NCBI RefSeq assembly: GCF_037042905.1
Contig: NC_087263.1
Coordinates: 12,464,001-12,528,000, forward strand
Reading direction: 5' to 3'
DNA length: 64,000 nucleotides
Source: Lytechinus pictus
Lineage: Eukaryota
Position numbers and translations under genes: made by a program. Positions within the stretch are counted from its first letter, which is position 1. Each line of letters begins with the position of its first letter. Of the stretch, positions 1 to 14,733 are shown piece after piece. The notes under the pieces are model-generated. The model made no database searches, was not told where the DNA came from, and was given only the letters and a program-made list of their open reading frames with translations.

Positions 1-339
1 TCAATCTCATTAGCTTTATTACCACTTACCCTAATTAGTCTCCGTCTAATGCATTGGATAAATACAGTACATGCAATTTACGAAAGCATCCATGCGTAGG
101 CAATTAGTAATTAACAAATAATAGGAATGGCAAGGATCTCCATAGGTAAAATATTATTTTGCAAGCAGGATCATCTGGTTTATCCAAAGTTAACGGGGTT
201 TGAACTTTTAGACTATCAGGGCTGAATGTGATTGTGCATTGACGAATTGTGCAAAATGATCCCGGGAAAATGATGCAAGTTAGATTTCATCTGTCGAGAC
301 CCAATTGGGGACCCATGTGTCGATCGAGGTGTAATATCA

Positions 340-1495
340 TACAAATGACTTACATTACAACATATTTATAGATAATGTTCCTCTTGAAAGAAAGCATCAA
401 ACAAAGTTTTTGGGTGTCGTCATTGACGAAAATTTAACTTGGAACGAACATATACGCCATATAATAACCTCTATTTCTAGGAATGTTGGTATACTTTATA
501 AATTAAAGAAATGTATTCCTTGCAAAACACTTGCGTTGCTTTATCATTCATTGATTTTACCGTACATAACGTATAGCTATCTAGTATGGGCCACAACGAA
601 CAAAACAAAAATAAATTATATTCACTTATTGCAGAAGAAAGCGCTTCGCATTTGTACCGGTTCACAATATTTATCTCACTCCAAACCATTATTTTACCAA
701 TTAAATACTCTGACAGTATGTGACATTAATACACTATAGAGTTTATTGTTCATATTCAAGTATTTAAATGGGATGCTACCATATTCATTTCAAAATTGTT
801 ATACTTTGAATAAAACCATTCATGATTACCCCACCCGTAATTCTTCTAATTTACATTTATTCAATCCAAAACTACGTAATGCCCAGAGATCCGTAAGACA
901 TCATGGCCCTGACCTTTGGAATCCTCTCCCAGACTCAATTAAATCATCTTGCTCCCTACACTCATTCAAAGCTAAAGTTAAGGTCATGTTACTATCGGAA
1001 TATGTAAAGTAAACTGTCTTGTGTCATAATCGTGTTCTATTATTCCTTTTCCATCATCATTATCATTATTTCCACCACCACCACCGTCACCACTATCACC
1101 ACCACCACCACCATCATCATCATCACCATCATCGTTATCATCATCATCATCTTTTTCATCATCTTCATTTATCATTAACATGTGTTTTTTTTCTTGATTA
1201 GATATTATAGCAAGTGTTGGCTTGTTAGATTTTTTCTTCTCTTTTTTATATTATACTTAATTGATATTTAATAATTCGTTATTATCCATTCTGCTCATAA
1301 TATGATTATATGGTAAATATACGTTTCGGTTTGTCATATTTTTCAAGCATTTTTTTGCTTACAATGGCAATCCATCTTCTGCCACTAATTTTATGCTAAA
1401 TGATATGTGCCTGATTTATTGTCAATATATATTTGTCATATCTATGTTATATTATATTGTTATGTAGAAGAAAAATAAAATAAGTCAAATAAAAA
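340..1495 (+). mobile_element. 5'-truncated non-LTR retrotransposon (CR1/L2-group) ORF2 C-terminus plus 3'UTR
   Basis: KFLGVVIDENLTW..HI; LYHSLILPYITY..W; LQKKALR; GPDLWN.LP..IK..S.HSFK are typical post-RT motifs; ORFs 410-739 and 746-1012 share a frame with one premature TAG; A-rich tail near 1470-1495. Confidence 0.85.
1052..1175. repeat. (CAT/CAC)n microsatellite
   Basis: Direct reading. Confidence 0.9.
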
Positions 1496-1960
1496 CCACT
1501 ACTACGATCTCCATCAACGCGATCATCACCGTCATCAAACTATATACGTATGCACCACCTCCATGATCTCTGTGAAATTCAACAACAGAGCACCGCTATA
1601 GGCGCTACCATCACCCTCATCATCGTCATTATCATCATCATCATCATCAACATCATTACCATCGTCATCATCAGCAGCAGCAGTAACATGATTATCATCA
1701 TCACCACCAACACCACCACCATCGCAACTATTATCACAATCATCAGCAGTAGTAACATCATCATCATCGTCATCATCACCACCATCACCATCACCATCAA
1801 TGACATCATTATAATCATCATTGGTCATCATTATCACCACCACCATCATAATAATAGTCATCCTCCTCCTCTTCCTCCTCCTTATCATTTTACCATTACC
1901 ATTATCATCACCGCCAACAACATCACTGTCATGTTCGTCGTCATTAACATCGCATCCATC
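1495..1960. repeat. Degenerate (CAT/CAC)n low-complexity tract
   Basis: Direct reading. Confidence 0.9.
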
Positions 1961-2959
1961 TTGATTGCATCTCCCACATGATTCCTCGTGAACACCCTTT
2001 AATAAACTGCAAAAAGGGGGAAGTGGTTATTACTCAATCTCTCATACTCCAATACCATTTTTTTTACATTCTTTCCCTTCGTCTTGCTTCGTCCGCCCTC
2101 GCCTCTTAATTAATCTTCGCCGAACCCTTGTGTCATTGAAAACGTGCTATCGGCAATCTGGACAGAGTTGAAAATTTAATTAAATGACATTTCAAATCCG
2201 TAACCCTTTTCCTCCTTCATCTCACCCAGTGCGCATTATATGCCTTATGATAAAACTAACCATATGCGAAATGACATTTTCATAAGTGCAACTACGGTAT
2301 AAACATCCAAACAACTAATGAGTATCCATTGCTTTGTGTATGTTAGCTTTATTATTTTTTTTAGAGAAATCAAGATGTTTGTTGATAAGTCTTTCGTAAA
2401 AACAACAAGGACTTAATGCCGCATGAAATATATATGTTATGAAAATGCGATGACAGTGATTGTTGTATAAGTTGCATGAACCTATAAATAATATTATCGC
2501 GTACGTCATTGGGTGTAAAAAATGTACAATTTTCCAGAATTCGTATTTTTTCGTTGACGTGCAAAACGCAGTTTTATCTGATAACCATGTCAAGAATGAC
2601 ACTAATTCAGTTATAGATACCGGGACATAACTTGGAATCATTCAGGAAGAAATATTCACATTTATTTTTTATTTATCTAGCCAGCCTTTGTACATAAATT
2701 ATACACAGACAAAATGATTAATCAAATTAATTTTCTCAATCTTACATGACATGACATTAATCATTGCATGATTGCTAACAATTAAAATATTCTGTTTTAT
2801 TTATTTTTTTATCTGTCAGATCTCGCCCTATCGTACCAACATTATTTACCAGAATCAATCGGGTTTTTTTTCTAGCCATTGAACATATTGCATTCTCTTA
2901 AAGGGGAACTTCTGCTCAAAAATAATTTTATTTAAATGAATAAAAAAAATGTTTTTTAT

Positions 2960-3112
2960 ACAACGCTGTATACAAGTAAACAAGTGTTTAAAATCTTGAA
3001 CAATTGAGTCTGATATTCAATAGTTAAACATCAATAAATTAAGCATGTTTTAACTGTTAAAACAGCTACTATGTAAGATCCATATAGTAAAACAGCTTTT
3101 TAGAAGAGTGTA
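2960..3112 (-). mobile_element. Partial inverted copy of the 5363 element
   Basis: acaagtgtttaaaatcttg...cagctactatgta...atagtaaaa is reverse-complement-similar to 5400-5512. Confidence 0.55.
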
Positions 3113-4362
3113 AATAGCTTTCTATTGTATACTTCCTTTTTTTCTCTGTAATTTTGCAACACTTGGGGTAGTCGCCCTTGCCCAATGTGGCGCCGCCCCC
3201 GTGTGTGAAAATGATCCGCACGCGAGTCAAAATAATGTAGATCTCGGCCAGCCAGGAGGCAAGGAGGTATAAATGAAATGTTTTTAATCAAGATGAGTTG
3301 GGATGAATGAAATGCATTATTGAGCTGAGCAAGTGTTTATTACTTTTGTGATCCCGTTATTTTTAGCTCAGGATCATAATAACATGACATTTTCTTATTT
3401 CCTTTTTTTGTGTGTGCTGCTCAACCGAGCTTTATCATTTTCCGACCCCAAGTTATTTTCACATTCAATAGTGAATCTCTCTCTCTATCTCTTCCTCTCT
3501 CCCTCTTTATCCTCTGACCGTTATGTTTTCTGTCTTGCATTTGTTTATTTATCTGACTGTTCTGTTCTATTTCCTGTCTTATATGTCTCACATTATTTGG
3601 GGTTTTTTTTCGTTGCTATAACTGTTTTTTTTTATAATTATTTTCTGTCTTTTCTTTTCTGTCTTCTCTTGGAAATTATATTTCTTCTTCTTTTCTTTAA
3701 TGTTTTTATTTTATTTTGTCTCTTATTGTATCTCTCCAGCAGCCTTACTTTTTTATGTGTGCCTTCCAGGTATGCATCTGTTCTCTTTCTTTTTCCTGCT
3801 CTCCCTCCCTTTCCTCTCTCTGTATCTTACTTAATTCTTATGAAGAAGAAGAAGAAGAAGAAAAGTATGTGATTTTTATTACAATTTCGTTTGCAACTGA
3901 GCTGAAGATTATGATAAAACGCAAGAAAAACTTGCAAATATTTTTTGCTTATGAATGGCGTCCTGTTAATATAGGCAACTGTGATTCTTTTGCAATATAG
4001 AACAAAAAAACGGTATGGGATATAAATACTTAAATTTGATAAAACAATTCAGGTTATTGCAGAGTTAATTATACATTGCAATGTAGCCCAATATAGGTCC
4101 TACACGGAAAAATGTTTTTCCCCATCTGTTATCTAACCTAACACCTTTTGACGTCATTCTCTAATACGTGCTTTGATTGTTTTTAATTAAGGAAGAATAC
4201 TAATCTAGTATTCTTTATACCATTGAATCTTTGGGGCTAATAAGGTCACGTGATGAAGCGGAGTTGACCAATCACAGACTTGTTGAGACTTGAGGCCTTA
4301 GCAACAAAAGGCTAACCGATATTTTGTGCGAAAAGTTGATAAAAAATGAGACGTCAAAAGAA

Positions 4363-4450
4363 AGATAGCTAGATAGCTAGATAGATAGATAGATAGATAG
4401 AAGAAAGATAGACTGATATTGATAGAAAGAAAGAAAGATAGATAGATATA
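4363..4450. repeat. (TAGA)n microsatellite
   Basis: Direct reading. Confidence 0.85.
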
Positions 4451-5362
4451 AAAACAGTTGCAGAGACAAGCGACTTTTATAACAATGTAAATTACCAGGA
4501 TTAGGTTAATGAAGGTAAATAAGCATATTGACGAGCCCTGTTCAGTCTTATGAATAAAGGACCTGGTTTTCGGATTAATCGTGGAATATGACTCTCAGTG
4601 ATTTAATGAATAGCGAACCTCATTTCACATTCCGAATAAATTACGGGGTCTTCTGACTAGGTGTTCATTATGACTTTCTGAATAATGACCCTCATCTCAC
4701 ATTATGATTAGCGAATCTTATGAAAAATGCTAATCAAGGCTCACAAATCTATTTGTGCTGTTTTGCAGTTGTTATTTTCAATTCACAATAGAATAAATCA
4801 ACATACCCCAATACAATTTTTTTGTATTTTCTTCGGTCATTCTATTTTCACTTCACATGAACCTCAAGTGCAATATTTAATCTTACTCTTATGTTCTTAT
4901 TTGGTTATCTTTTGTTAATCCGTAAGTATACATTTCTTTCATGCATTCTTCTATTTTCTGTGAAGTTTGTATGTACTAGTCTTCGGACTGTTTTTACAAT
5001 TTCTTTCATATTATAATAAACCGTATTGGAATGAAATGAAATGAAATTTCTTAGACTTTAACTTGGTGGACACTTGAATTTAGAACGAGCGGGCTCTCGC
5101 CCCCCCCCCTTCCTCCCCGTAAACGGAGAAGGCTGGAAAATGGTATTATATCATATCGATCCCCAATATCGGACGGAACCTCATGTATGTATATATATAT
5201 ATATAATACTGACTTGTTGAATTCATCGATCATTTGTTAATGCCTGGCTGACTGGTAGACACAACAATAGATGCTATCCTTGACCCTTTTAAAGATTTCA
5301 CACTGCGAATAAAAGTCTGCCCGCAATATAAATCGATATTGTTTTTATAATGATTTTGTGTT

Positions 5363-5599
5363 CACTGTAAAAACGCTGTAAAAATATCACGAAACGCTTT
5401 TTACTATACGAACCCTATACAGTAGTTGTTTCACAGTTATACAGCCATGCTAAATGTATTGAGAATTAGGTATTAAAATCAAACTGTTTAGTCAAGATTT
5501 TATACACTTGTTTTAAGACTGTTCAAACAACTACGATAAGGTTCATAATTTTAGTAGAACAGCGTTGCATAAAAATTCTGAACAGCGTTTTTTACTGTG
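5363..5599. mobile_element. Non-autonomous DNA element with CACTGTAAAAACGCTGT TIRs
   Basis: cactgtaaaaacgctgt ... acagcgtttttactgtg. Confidence 0.7.
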
Positions 5600-5818
5600 T
5601 ACATGGTGTATTTGGAGGAATAGATATTTTAGTGAAAGAAGACCGACTTAATTTTCTTCTTATTTATGTTTCATTTCAAAACTAGAAACACAACATAGGT
5701 CAGGTTTGATTCTATCGAAATTTAACAAGTGTATGAATGCCCTGCCTGGTTCAGTTGATTTTATTTTCAAAATTAAATTATTTCATTATATCCTCTTGTA
5801 AATAATATTTCAATTTTT

Positions 5819-6159
5819 ACAGATTTGACAATAATGACCAACTTGACTAAACCCAAAAATGTCGTTCCACTTGTTCAGGTAGGAGTTAAGGCTTTTATTC
5901 CACATAACAATGAGGAGAAAATGTTAATATTTCATATATTGAAATACAAAAGAAATAGTGAGTTAGTGGTTTCATCAGTCCCCTCATCCGCACACCGACC
6001 AGGATGTGGACAAAACTGTTTCGTGAAATGAAGCGAAACTTTAAAATGTCATAACATTCTTATTTTACATCCGATTTTGATGAATCTAATTTAATTTCAG
6101 CATTATGCTAGTTGGATTTTTATCTTTCTACTCAATTTAACCTTTTGTTGGGTTGCACT
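5819..6159. mobile_element. Right half of TTAA/AGG MITE family A
   Basis: Matches internal and right arm of the 28944 copy; ends ...gcact ttaa. Confidence 0.8.
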
Positions 6160-6479
6160 TTAAAATCCGATCGACCTATTTATAGCTATCTGACAATACA
6201 AATATATAAAAATTCCAGTGATTGTTTTAGTTGGAGGGGGGGGGGCTTATATATAGGGACCATGAGGTGGTCATGGAATTCGCACTTCGCAGAACATAAT
6301 AGGACCAGTCCCAGTTTAAATATAGACCCAAGTGCTTAATCTTAGCATGAATTTTAAACAAACAAGAATATTCAAGGGTATGCAAATAAAGCGGACACTT
6401 TTTTTAGCCTAGCTGTTCAGCAATATTTGCTTTATTTGCCTGGTGGTGCAGACAAGGGTTTGTAAACGTAGACTAGTTT

Positions 6480-7204
6480 TAGCCCCTTCTAACGAAGATG
6501 AAGAGGGGTACGGTTTGTTGTGCTCTTATGCCTCTCTCTCCCCCTCTCTCCGACTGGCTGTCGGCGTTGCATGGCAAGGCTTTCGCACGTGCTGCTTGAC
6601 TGTGCCGAGAGAGAAAAACAAGAGCTTCGCACAGCGCATGCAGCCAAGCTCCTGCTCCCACAGCCACCACTCATTCACGGTCGCTGGCTTGAGAGGGAGA
6701 GAGGGTGCTAGCTCGTTGGTGCCAGTACTCGTGTAACCGAACGAGGAAATGGAATAAGTACTCTTCTGTTTTGTCATCAAAGAAAGGACCTTGCTGCCTT
6801 TTAGCCTTTGAGCCATCAAGGAACTCTGTAATTTTGTCTCTAACACCAATTATGGAATACCTACTTTTACGGAGCACTTTGTCATCGTGATAATTCTCTC
6901 CATAGCGCTTTGCCAGGGGAATTACACCTGATTTAATGTCTCTTTCGGAAAAAAAAGTGGTGGTGGATTTCATTGGATCAACTTAAGTTTTCGGGAGTCA
7001 TACCTACCTTCATAAATCAGGATCGTCGATTGAGTGCACGGGTTTGAAATTGTGTTTTTTCTATGCAATACCGACTTACTATGACCTGAAATGTAACTTG
7101 AGATTCATTTTGTAAAAAATCTATTTTTATCATGCTTTGTAATCGCACTTGTTAAGTCTTGCGTAAGCTATTGGTATTGATTGTTTAACTTATTGTTCAT
7201 TGAG
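6480..7204 (+). promoter_or_regulatory. Putative promoter and non-coding first exon
   Basis: Locally GC/CpG-richer block with CT and GA tracts, similar in texture to the 30.6 kb and 37.3 kb blocks; donor candidates GC|gtaagc (7162) and AG|gtattg (7204); no ATG in frame with either. Confidence 0.35.
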
Positions 7205-8217
7205 GTATTGTTATCTCCATGCTCCAAAGGAGGCCATTAGACCGTAGATGTAATTCCTGGTCCTGGTGTAAAATTTGCGCCAAAGTGTATGGAATAGTAG
7301 TGTAGTGTGGTTATATTTCGTTGACATTCATTCTGAGTGATTGATTGATTAATTGAATGGATGAATAATTATATAGCCCTGTAAGGCTGTATATTGATGG
7401 ATGGATGGATTGAAGAATGAATGGGTCGATGAGAAATTTACAAATCATCAAATGAACAAATTTGACTTTAAGGGGGGGGGGGGCTGACCTTTAATGGCCT
7501 TGGCTTTAGTGGGGGGTGCCCTCTGGAAAAAATACCTTTTTGACTTGGAGAAGTTTTTTTTTTTTGGTTTTATTTCATAGTATACTAAAGAAATGAACAT
7601 AGGTTCTACATTACCCAATGGTAATATGTAGTAGAAATTATAAGATGGCAAATCGAAAAATACCTCGTTGAAACATGATAGGGAAATAAAAGCAAAGCAA
7701 GGAGTAGAACTTTAGATGCAGTGGCTTGTTATTATAAGGAGAGCTTGAAGCAGTAGCAGCTGAGGGGGAGGGAAGGAAATAGAATGAAAACCTACAGTAT
7801 CTTCAATCTTGGCATTTAGGAAATAGGAAAACCTACAAGTATGTAAGTGGGTTAAGAAGATCCGTTGGCTTTATCCGTCCATCTTGCCTACACTGTATTG
7901 ATTGCATGCATAGAGCAGGTTTTTCAGGATTTCTGAACAGTGCAATATGATAAGTCAGCAGCCTTTAATACAAAGAGTGAAAGATCCCAACTATAGAAAG
8001 CTTTAGATGTAATAATTCTGAATCCTAAAGAGCAAACTGGGGGAAAATGACTGAACATTCTTTTTAATTACATGGCAGGACATATGACAATCAAGTTACA
8101 ATAGTTAGGAGATAGCAACAAAAAAAAACCCTTTTTTATATGAAAATATTCAATCCAGAAAATGATTTTATAATGTCCCTTTTCCTTGTTTATTCCATGT
8201 TATTTTTGTTTCTCCAC

Positions 8218-8248
<31 letters not shown>

Positions 8249-11200
8249 GGGGGGGGGGCAACTGCTCCCATGAACCCCCACCCACCGGTGTGCTAGTTGT
8301 AAGAGCTTGTCAATTTTATTTTGTGGGGGGGGGCAGCTTCTCCAATGAACCCCCCCCCCCACCCACTGGTGTGCTTGTCGTAAGAGCTAGACCTTGGATG
8401 CATGAATGTTCGTAATGATTAAATGTCATCTGTAAAAACACTTTGTGTGGCTTCATCATGTACGCTTGGCACCAGTTGCACTGGTTAAAAATTACATGAA
8501 AAAATCTAAAACTGGTTTAGATCTAATAATTTCACTGTTATAAATATGCATATTTTTACATCTTAATGGAACCGATATGAGTACCAGTACAAGATTTCTC
8601 AATTTGTCTTGCCGGAAGTTATGGTCCTCTAATATGATAATTTTGTGGTGTATAGGCCTTCATTGTTAACAACTCCCATTTGCAGCTTGACACCTCACCA
8701 CAAGAGAACTACCAGGGATGAAGAATTACTTCTACAGTATGTATCTTGAAACATGCTTGTAGATTGAGCTTGCTGCTATTAAAGTAGATCATTAGCACTT
8801 GATAGGCCTGTTTAAATTCACGTGTAATGTACACTTAAAAATGGTGCAATACCATTATACCCTTAGAAATCAGTATTGATTTCACAATTTGACCTTCACT
8901 TTATTGAAATTTTATTCAGAATATAAATCGATTGCAAAGCTGGAAATCAAACAGTAAAACAAGTGTTCAAGGTCACACATGTTTACATGCACACCCCAGG
9001 GCGTTTGTGGAAGGAGGGTGATGTAAATAGTAGTCTGCATTTACAGACCCTAATTCACATTTCAATGTGTTCAGGCTTAAACTGAATTTGGAGTACCTTC
9101 TGAGCTTGACAGTCTACAAATACAATCAACTTGTGAATGAGAGACCAAAAGATACATGTACCAGTTGTGGTAATGACCTCAAAATGAGTTTGAGCAGAAT
9201 CTAATAAAATTACCACCCAAGTGTTCTTATAAAATATGTGCCAAATGGCTCTGGACGAAAATGCGTAATTGCTGAGAAATGAGTGAAATAAGCACGGAAT
9301 TTCATCAAGCGTTGGGTATTTTTCCACGCAATATTGATACACTGTCCCACATATACTTTTCTGTGTTATTAGTGATCATCAGAATTATTGGTTCTGTGCT
9401 AAGATTTCATGATTCACAAAATTAACTTCACATTAATAATGTACCAGATCTAGATATATAATAATTTGATGACAATTAATCTTTCTCATGAAATAATTAT
9501 TTGCTGCAACTACTTTCTTTTAAATTTAATGCACAACTTTCTAGTCAGTGACTTAGGCTCTAAGTTCATACCACTTTCTTTGAGTAAACTACCTTTAAAT
9601 TTTTTAATGGGGATTGTGGGTCTGAGAATTTAGCAACATCAAGACTAGTTTCTTGTTTGTAGAATGCTGTTTGCACTCTCCCTATTTATAGAATGCCATT
9701 TATAGGATTTCTTCTCAAAATAATCTACCTGAGAAAATTTTGTGCCATGGCTTCCTATTATTAAAACCAGTTATATTTTGTCATTCACTTTTTGTTAAGT
9801 CCAAGAACATTTACATGTTCTTTTGGCTATGAATGTGATAACATTGTGCTTGCTGAATTAATTTTGGGTGGTCTAATAATGACCTAATCATTTTATGTGA
9901 GAAATCTCCTTTGACTACCACTCAGTTTATGAAAATTAAGCCAATGATAAATGGAAGTCTTCTCAATGACTTATTACCATATAATGGATGACAATGACAT
10001 CAATTTATCTTTACAAGTATTTGTGAGAATGCCACCACTGATGAATGAAAATTAATGGGCATAGAATTTTTTTTTTCAAGTGATAATAATGACATCAGTT
10101 GATTGTTAGTTTGTAGATATTAATGCCATCAATTGATTGTCAGAAGTTTTCTTGGAATATCTCATACCACTTTTTCTATTGGACCATATTTGTATTCTTA
10201 TAAATTAATGGGCATTTTTCTTTTTCAAGTGATAAAACATCAATTAATCTTGAGAAATATTCTATGAAAACCACTTTGGTTTACCGTTGTCTTTTTTGTG
10301 TAGTTTCTCCAGTCCAAATGAGAATGATCAGTTCTGTTGAATTTTTTATTGACTGTATGAATATGCAAAATTTTATTAGTACGATTGTACAAATGCTACA
10401 CTTTTGCAAATTCTTTTGGACGAGTCTGCTCCTTTGCGTTGCAAACAAATATTGCGCCATTCAAATTCTTTGAAATGCGTGAAACTTGCACACTGCAAAA
10501 TACAATATGGGAATACTGTGGTTGCAATGATAAGCTAATTAGCTGTGAGTTTTGTACGTAACTGAGGGAGATAATCGTAGCTCTTGTGTGGGTGTATGGT
10601 ATTACCCCAATAGATAAAGTGGTTATTTTTGTTGATGAGCTAGAAAGAAAAAGGGTGTACATAAACCATGTATGTAGTATGTACTCTTTAAACATGAACT
10701 CTTGCAAAATGCAATCTGGGATAAATCCCAAATAAACTAGTCTTGACTTCTAAACTCCTTTGCTGTTACAATTTTCCCTCTTCAGGTCATCCTTGCACTT
10801 CAAAACACATTTGACACAAGCCTCTTAGGAGAGATTTCTGGGTCGACCATCTTTTCCTCACAAGACGTAAGAAGTGGCACAGGCCGGGAGTGAGAATTGA
10901 ATAACTGCAATAGTTTTGAAACTGAAGTCACGATGAATCCCAATCATAGAGGAAAACACAGTGTGCCTGCATTGTGTTAACATTTTGGTCACATATGCTT
11001 TTCACACTGCACATAGTTTCCTTAACCCCGAGAAATCGGTGGGGATAGGGGGGGGGGTCTTAGGGGGTCGTAAGCCTTTATTTTGGAGTAAAGGCCAAGT
11101 TAGTTTCAAATCGTAGCGAATCTTACGGTTGGTATGACATCATTACTGCGAGACATTCAGTTCGCTTAATTTATTCTTATAACGATGGTAGCATAATGAT

Positions 11201-11571
11201 TACTGATAGATTTGAACATACCAGTAAGGTGCTCCATATGTCTCAATATTCGCATAAAATTTTACTACGTTTTATTCCAAATTTGGGGCACGGACCGAAC
11301 ATATGGTGTGTGTTGACTAGGTGGTGTTGTTTCCACCAGGGTCTTGCCACCTAAATCTGGATGTTTATAGACTACTTTAAGTGTTCCCCTTTGAACAAAC
11401 AAACCTGTATTCTTGAAATAGATTTTCTTTGGTTTCCATGGCGATGGTTACAGGATTCCGGAGGATAATGCCTTTGGGTTCCAATCAAGAATCCCAAATG
11501 ACTAATTAGTGTACCTGTAGCTGCTTATTTTTTATAAATTGGTGTTTGCTGCTGTCGCTGGCTGCTAACTG

Positions 11572-12045
11572 TTAATGATGAATAATGATGAAGATGGTGA
11601 TTGTGGTTATTAGATAGATGATGGTGATGATGATGGTGATGGTGTTGATTGTGAAGATGATGATAGTGATAATGACAATGGTGATAATGGTAATGATGAT
11701 GATGATGAGAATGATGGTGATGATGGTGATGATGATGGTGATGATAATGGTAATGATAATGATGATGGGGATGGTGATGATGATGGTGATGATGATGATG
11801 AGGATGATGATAGTGATGATGATGATGATGGTGATGATGACGGTGATGATGAATATGGTGATGATAATGGTTATGATGATGATGATAGTGATGATGGTGA
11901 TGATGATGGTGATGATGATGATGGTGATGATGATGATGATTGATGGTGGTGGCGATGATGATATAGGAGATGATGATAATTGTAATGATGATGAGGATGA
12001 TGATGATGACAATGACAAAGATTTGTTGGATGTGGTGATTATGCT
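11572..12045. repeat. (GAT/GGT)n microsatellite
   Basis: Direct reading. Confidence 0.92.
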
Positions 12046-12623
12046 CCTTTGATTTTTTAGAATATCAGCAAGATGGTAATGATAATTACCATGATGATAG
12101 TTAGGGCTTTCAAATCTTCTTGTTTTTCTAAACACCCTGGTTCTGATATCAAGTTATATTTTCTTTATGCACTGAATGGAATCCATATCCCGAAATTATT
12201 TTGAAAAAAGAAACTTCAAATCCGATTTGGATCATGGTTACATTGCATTTGAGCGGAAATGGTAAAGTATTGATATTTAATACTATATTGTAAAATCCAT
12301 TAGTAATATGATCAGAAGCAAGTGAAAAATATGTTATTAAGTCATACTGGTATTTTTAAAGCCATAGTAGATAAAGAAGGAAACTGACTTGTATCCATAA
12401 ATACATCTTATTTTATTTTGGCTGGTTTGTGCCTCCTTCAGTTTGGATAGACAATAGTCTGCCGAGATTTTCAATGAAGTATACTTTAAGGTCTCATTCT
12501 TTGCTGCAGAGGAAGTAAGACCTAGAAACTCCATTGCAGGGTGTGTTTGAGCAATTCACTGGTTTGAGCTTCCTTTGCTATTAAAGGTGGATTGAGTGTT
12601 ATGATTTTGAAATGCTCAGCCTC

Positions 12624-12833
12624 GGGAGTGTTCCAAAACATTTTTATCTGACAAGTTGTCGGATTCGACAATTTTCCTTGATTATGATTGGCTGAGAAGC
12701 ACTGTTTCTATGGTAACTGGCAATAGAACCTGAGATAAATATATATATATATACAATATATCTCTGGATAAAAATACTTTGTTGGATAAAACTCCTCCAG
12801 GGCATGAACATCCTTTTTCATGAAATGCTCCCC
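12624..12833. mobile_element. Short MITE with GGGAGTGTTTCA-type TIR; relatives at 33167-33306, 58499-58680 and ~62165-62367
   Basis: gggagtgttcca ... tgaaatgctccc; central gattggctgag shared with the 33167 copy. Confidence 0.55.
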
Positions 12834-14733
12834 TTAACACAATTTCACTGAGTATACATAGTAAATTCCAGGCAAATGCTACTCTATTAAGTTGCACTAT
12901 CAATTTGGAAACTCCCAAATATTTGCAATATGAAGCATGCAGTATCGATGTTAGATATTCGGATAAAAGTAGGTCTCGTGCAGATTGCAATTTTCAGCAA
13001 AAATATATTTGCTTCCCTCTTGTAAAATGTCACCAAAACAAATTGTTAAGGAATGCCTTGGTCTATTTAAAGTCTGGAAATGTGTAGTATGGGAAAAAAA
13101 TGTTGATATTCAATTCAGTAGTCTGACTTAATGACAGGAATCGAATGTGTGGGAAGAGTAATTTTGTTTCCTTCCTTCCTATCTGACTATTCATGAAAAG
13201 GAAAAATACCTTTTGTCCCATAAATAGCACTGTTTTGCAAAACAAAATTGTATTGGATGTTTACCGAGTATGCGTTTACATCATAGGTTAATAAAAAATT
13301 GGGGGGGGGGGGGGGGGAGTACTACTATGAACGAATGACTCGTACATATTTTTGGTACATATTTTGGACATAAGACAAACCTCTATTTGAGGTATGCCCC
13401 TCCGAATATAATGCAAAGAGGATGTTGCCATGAATTATTTTTCATAAATCAAATATTTCTATCACCACCTGCATATCCACCCATCTATTTTGAATAGGTG
13501 TCTGTCACTGTTCAAAAATTTCTGGTGTGAATATTGACAGGCTTTTTGTAGTGTTAGTATTAGGTTGTACATTCTGTCATTGGTGTCAGTGGCGTGTCAA
13601 GGTGAAACAAGGCTCAGTACTAAAGTTGCATGTACATTGTAGAGTGAAGGGGGGGGGGGGTTACACATTGAATTTATTAGCCCCCCCCAAAAAAAAGAGA
13701 AAAAAAAACACCACTAAATGAAATAAAACCAAACCAGTATAAATGGATGCATGGAAAGTAGATTTCATACTGTGAAAATTGTTGCACTATGTTGAACTTT
13801 GAAACAATGCGCAGTGGAATGGCTATAGTTAATGGCTCGTCCGATATTCATTAAGTATGACATTAATTTAATTGGTACTGTTTATGGACAGTCAGCATCA
13901 GCCCACAAGTTACGCACTTTTACAAGTCACATAATAACTCACTATAACCTACATGTATTGTCATCCAGTTGTTCACCAGACAAATATGTTTGAGATAATT
14001 TTTTCTTTTTACTTTGACCTCTATGGGTCACCATACATTAATGATGTAGCCGAACTCAACCTACATGTAAGTCGCATGATCCATTAATCCCTGATAACCT
14101 CACCACAACATGTATTGCTATTCCCCGTTATTCACTGTTCTAATTAATTAATGCAGAAGTAAGATTAACAGCAAATTGGCAACTCTGATTAATTAATGAT
14201 TGTTGGAGAGACAGAATGTTGTTAAATACATGTATGACTCTATCCCTGTGCATTTCTGACATTTTAGAGGTGATTTTTTTTAATTTAGCTTAGAGCATAT
14301 GCCCACCTATTTCGAGCAGAAACTAATTGTATCAGATATTTTTTAAGATCCAGGGATTCCGGGAAATAGTTATTTAGGTGGATAATTAACTGATTGCTCT
14401 GAGCTTGTTAAGCACTGGGAAGTATTTTTTTAGGTGTATTAAGGGGACACCAGCTTTAGAAGTGCTCAGTAATTAGGATTATTGTAATTTGTGTGCTTTA
14501 GTGTGACAGGTTTGTAATTTGCCATTTTGAAAATGCATGTACCATGTGTGCTGTATGAAATTAAAAAATAACAGGATTGATTTGCAAAACAGTTTTTGGC
14601 GTGGGGTCATCGACAGGTCATAGGAAATACAGTAGGTTTTTATTTTATCTTTTTCATTTATTTAAACGTTGAGTGCTTCAGCAGTAGTTCATACATGTAC
14701 GTAGTTCAGCGGTTCAGCAAACTGAATCACTAT

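Noticed and set aside
410..1012. Functional gene or programmed stop readthrough at TAG 737-739
   Set aside because: 5'-truncated LINE fragment lacking the RT core; the stop is best explained by decay
984..1981. Poly-His/Ile/Asp/Met ORFs (also 11572-12135, 43799-44192, 48983-49589, 53709-54527)
   Set aside because: Translations of trinucleotide microsatellites or of the antisense strand of DGK exons
3333..3872. 179-aa hydrophobic membrane-protein ORF
   Set aside because: T-rich low-complexity sequence with a GTG start and no recognisable domain
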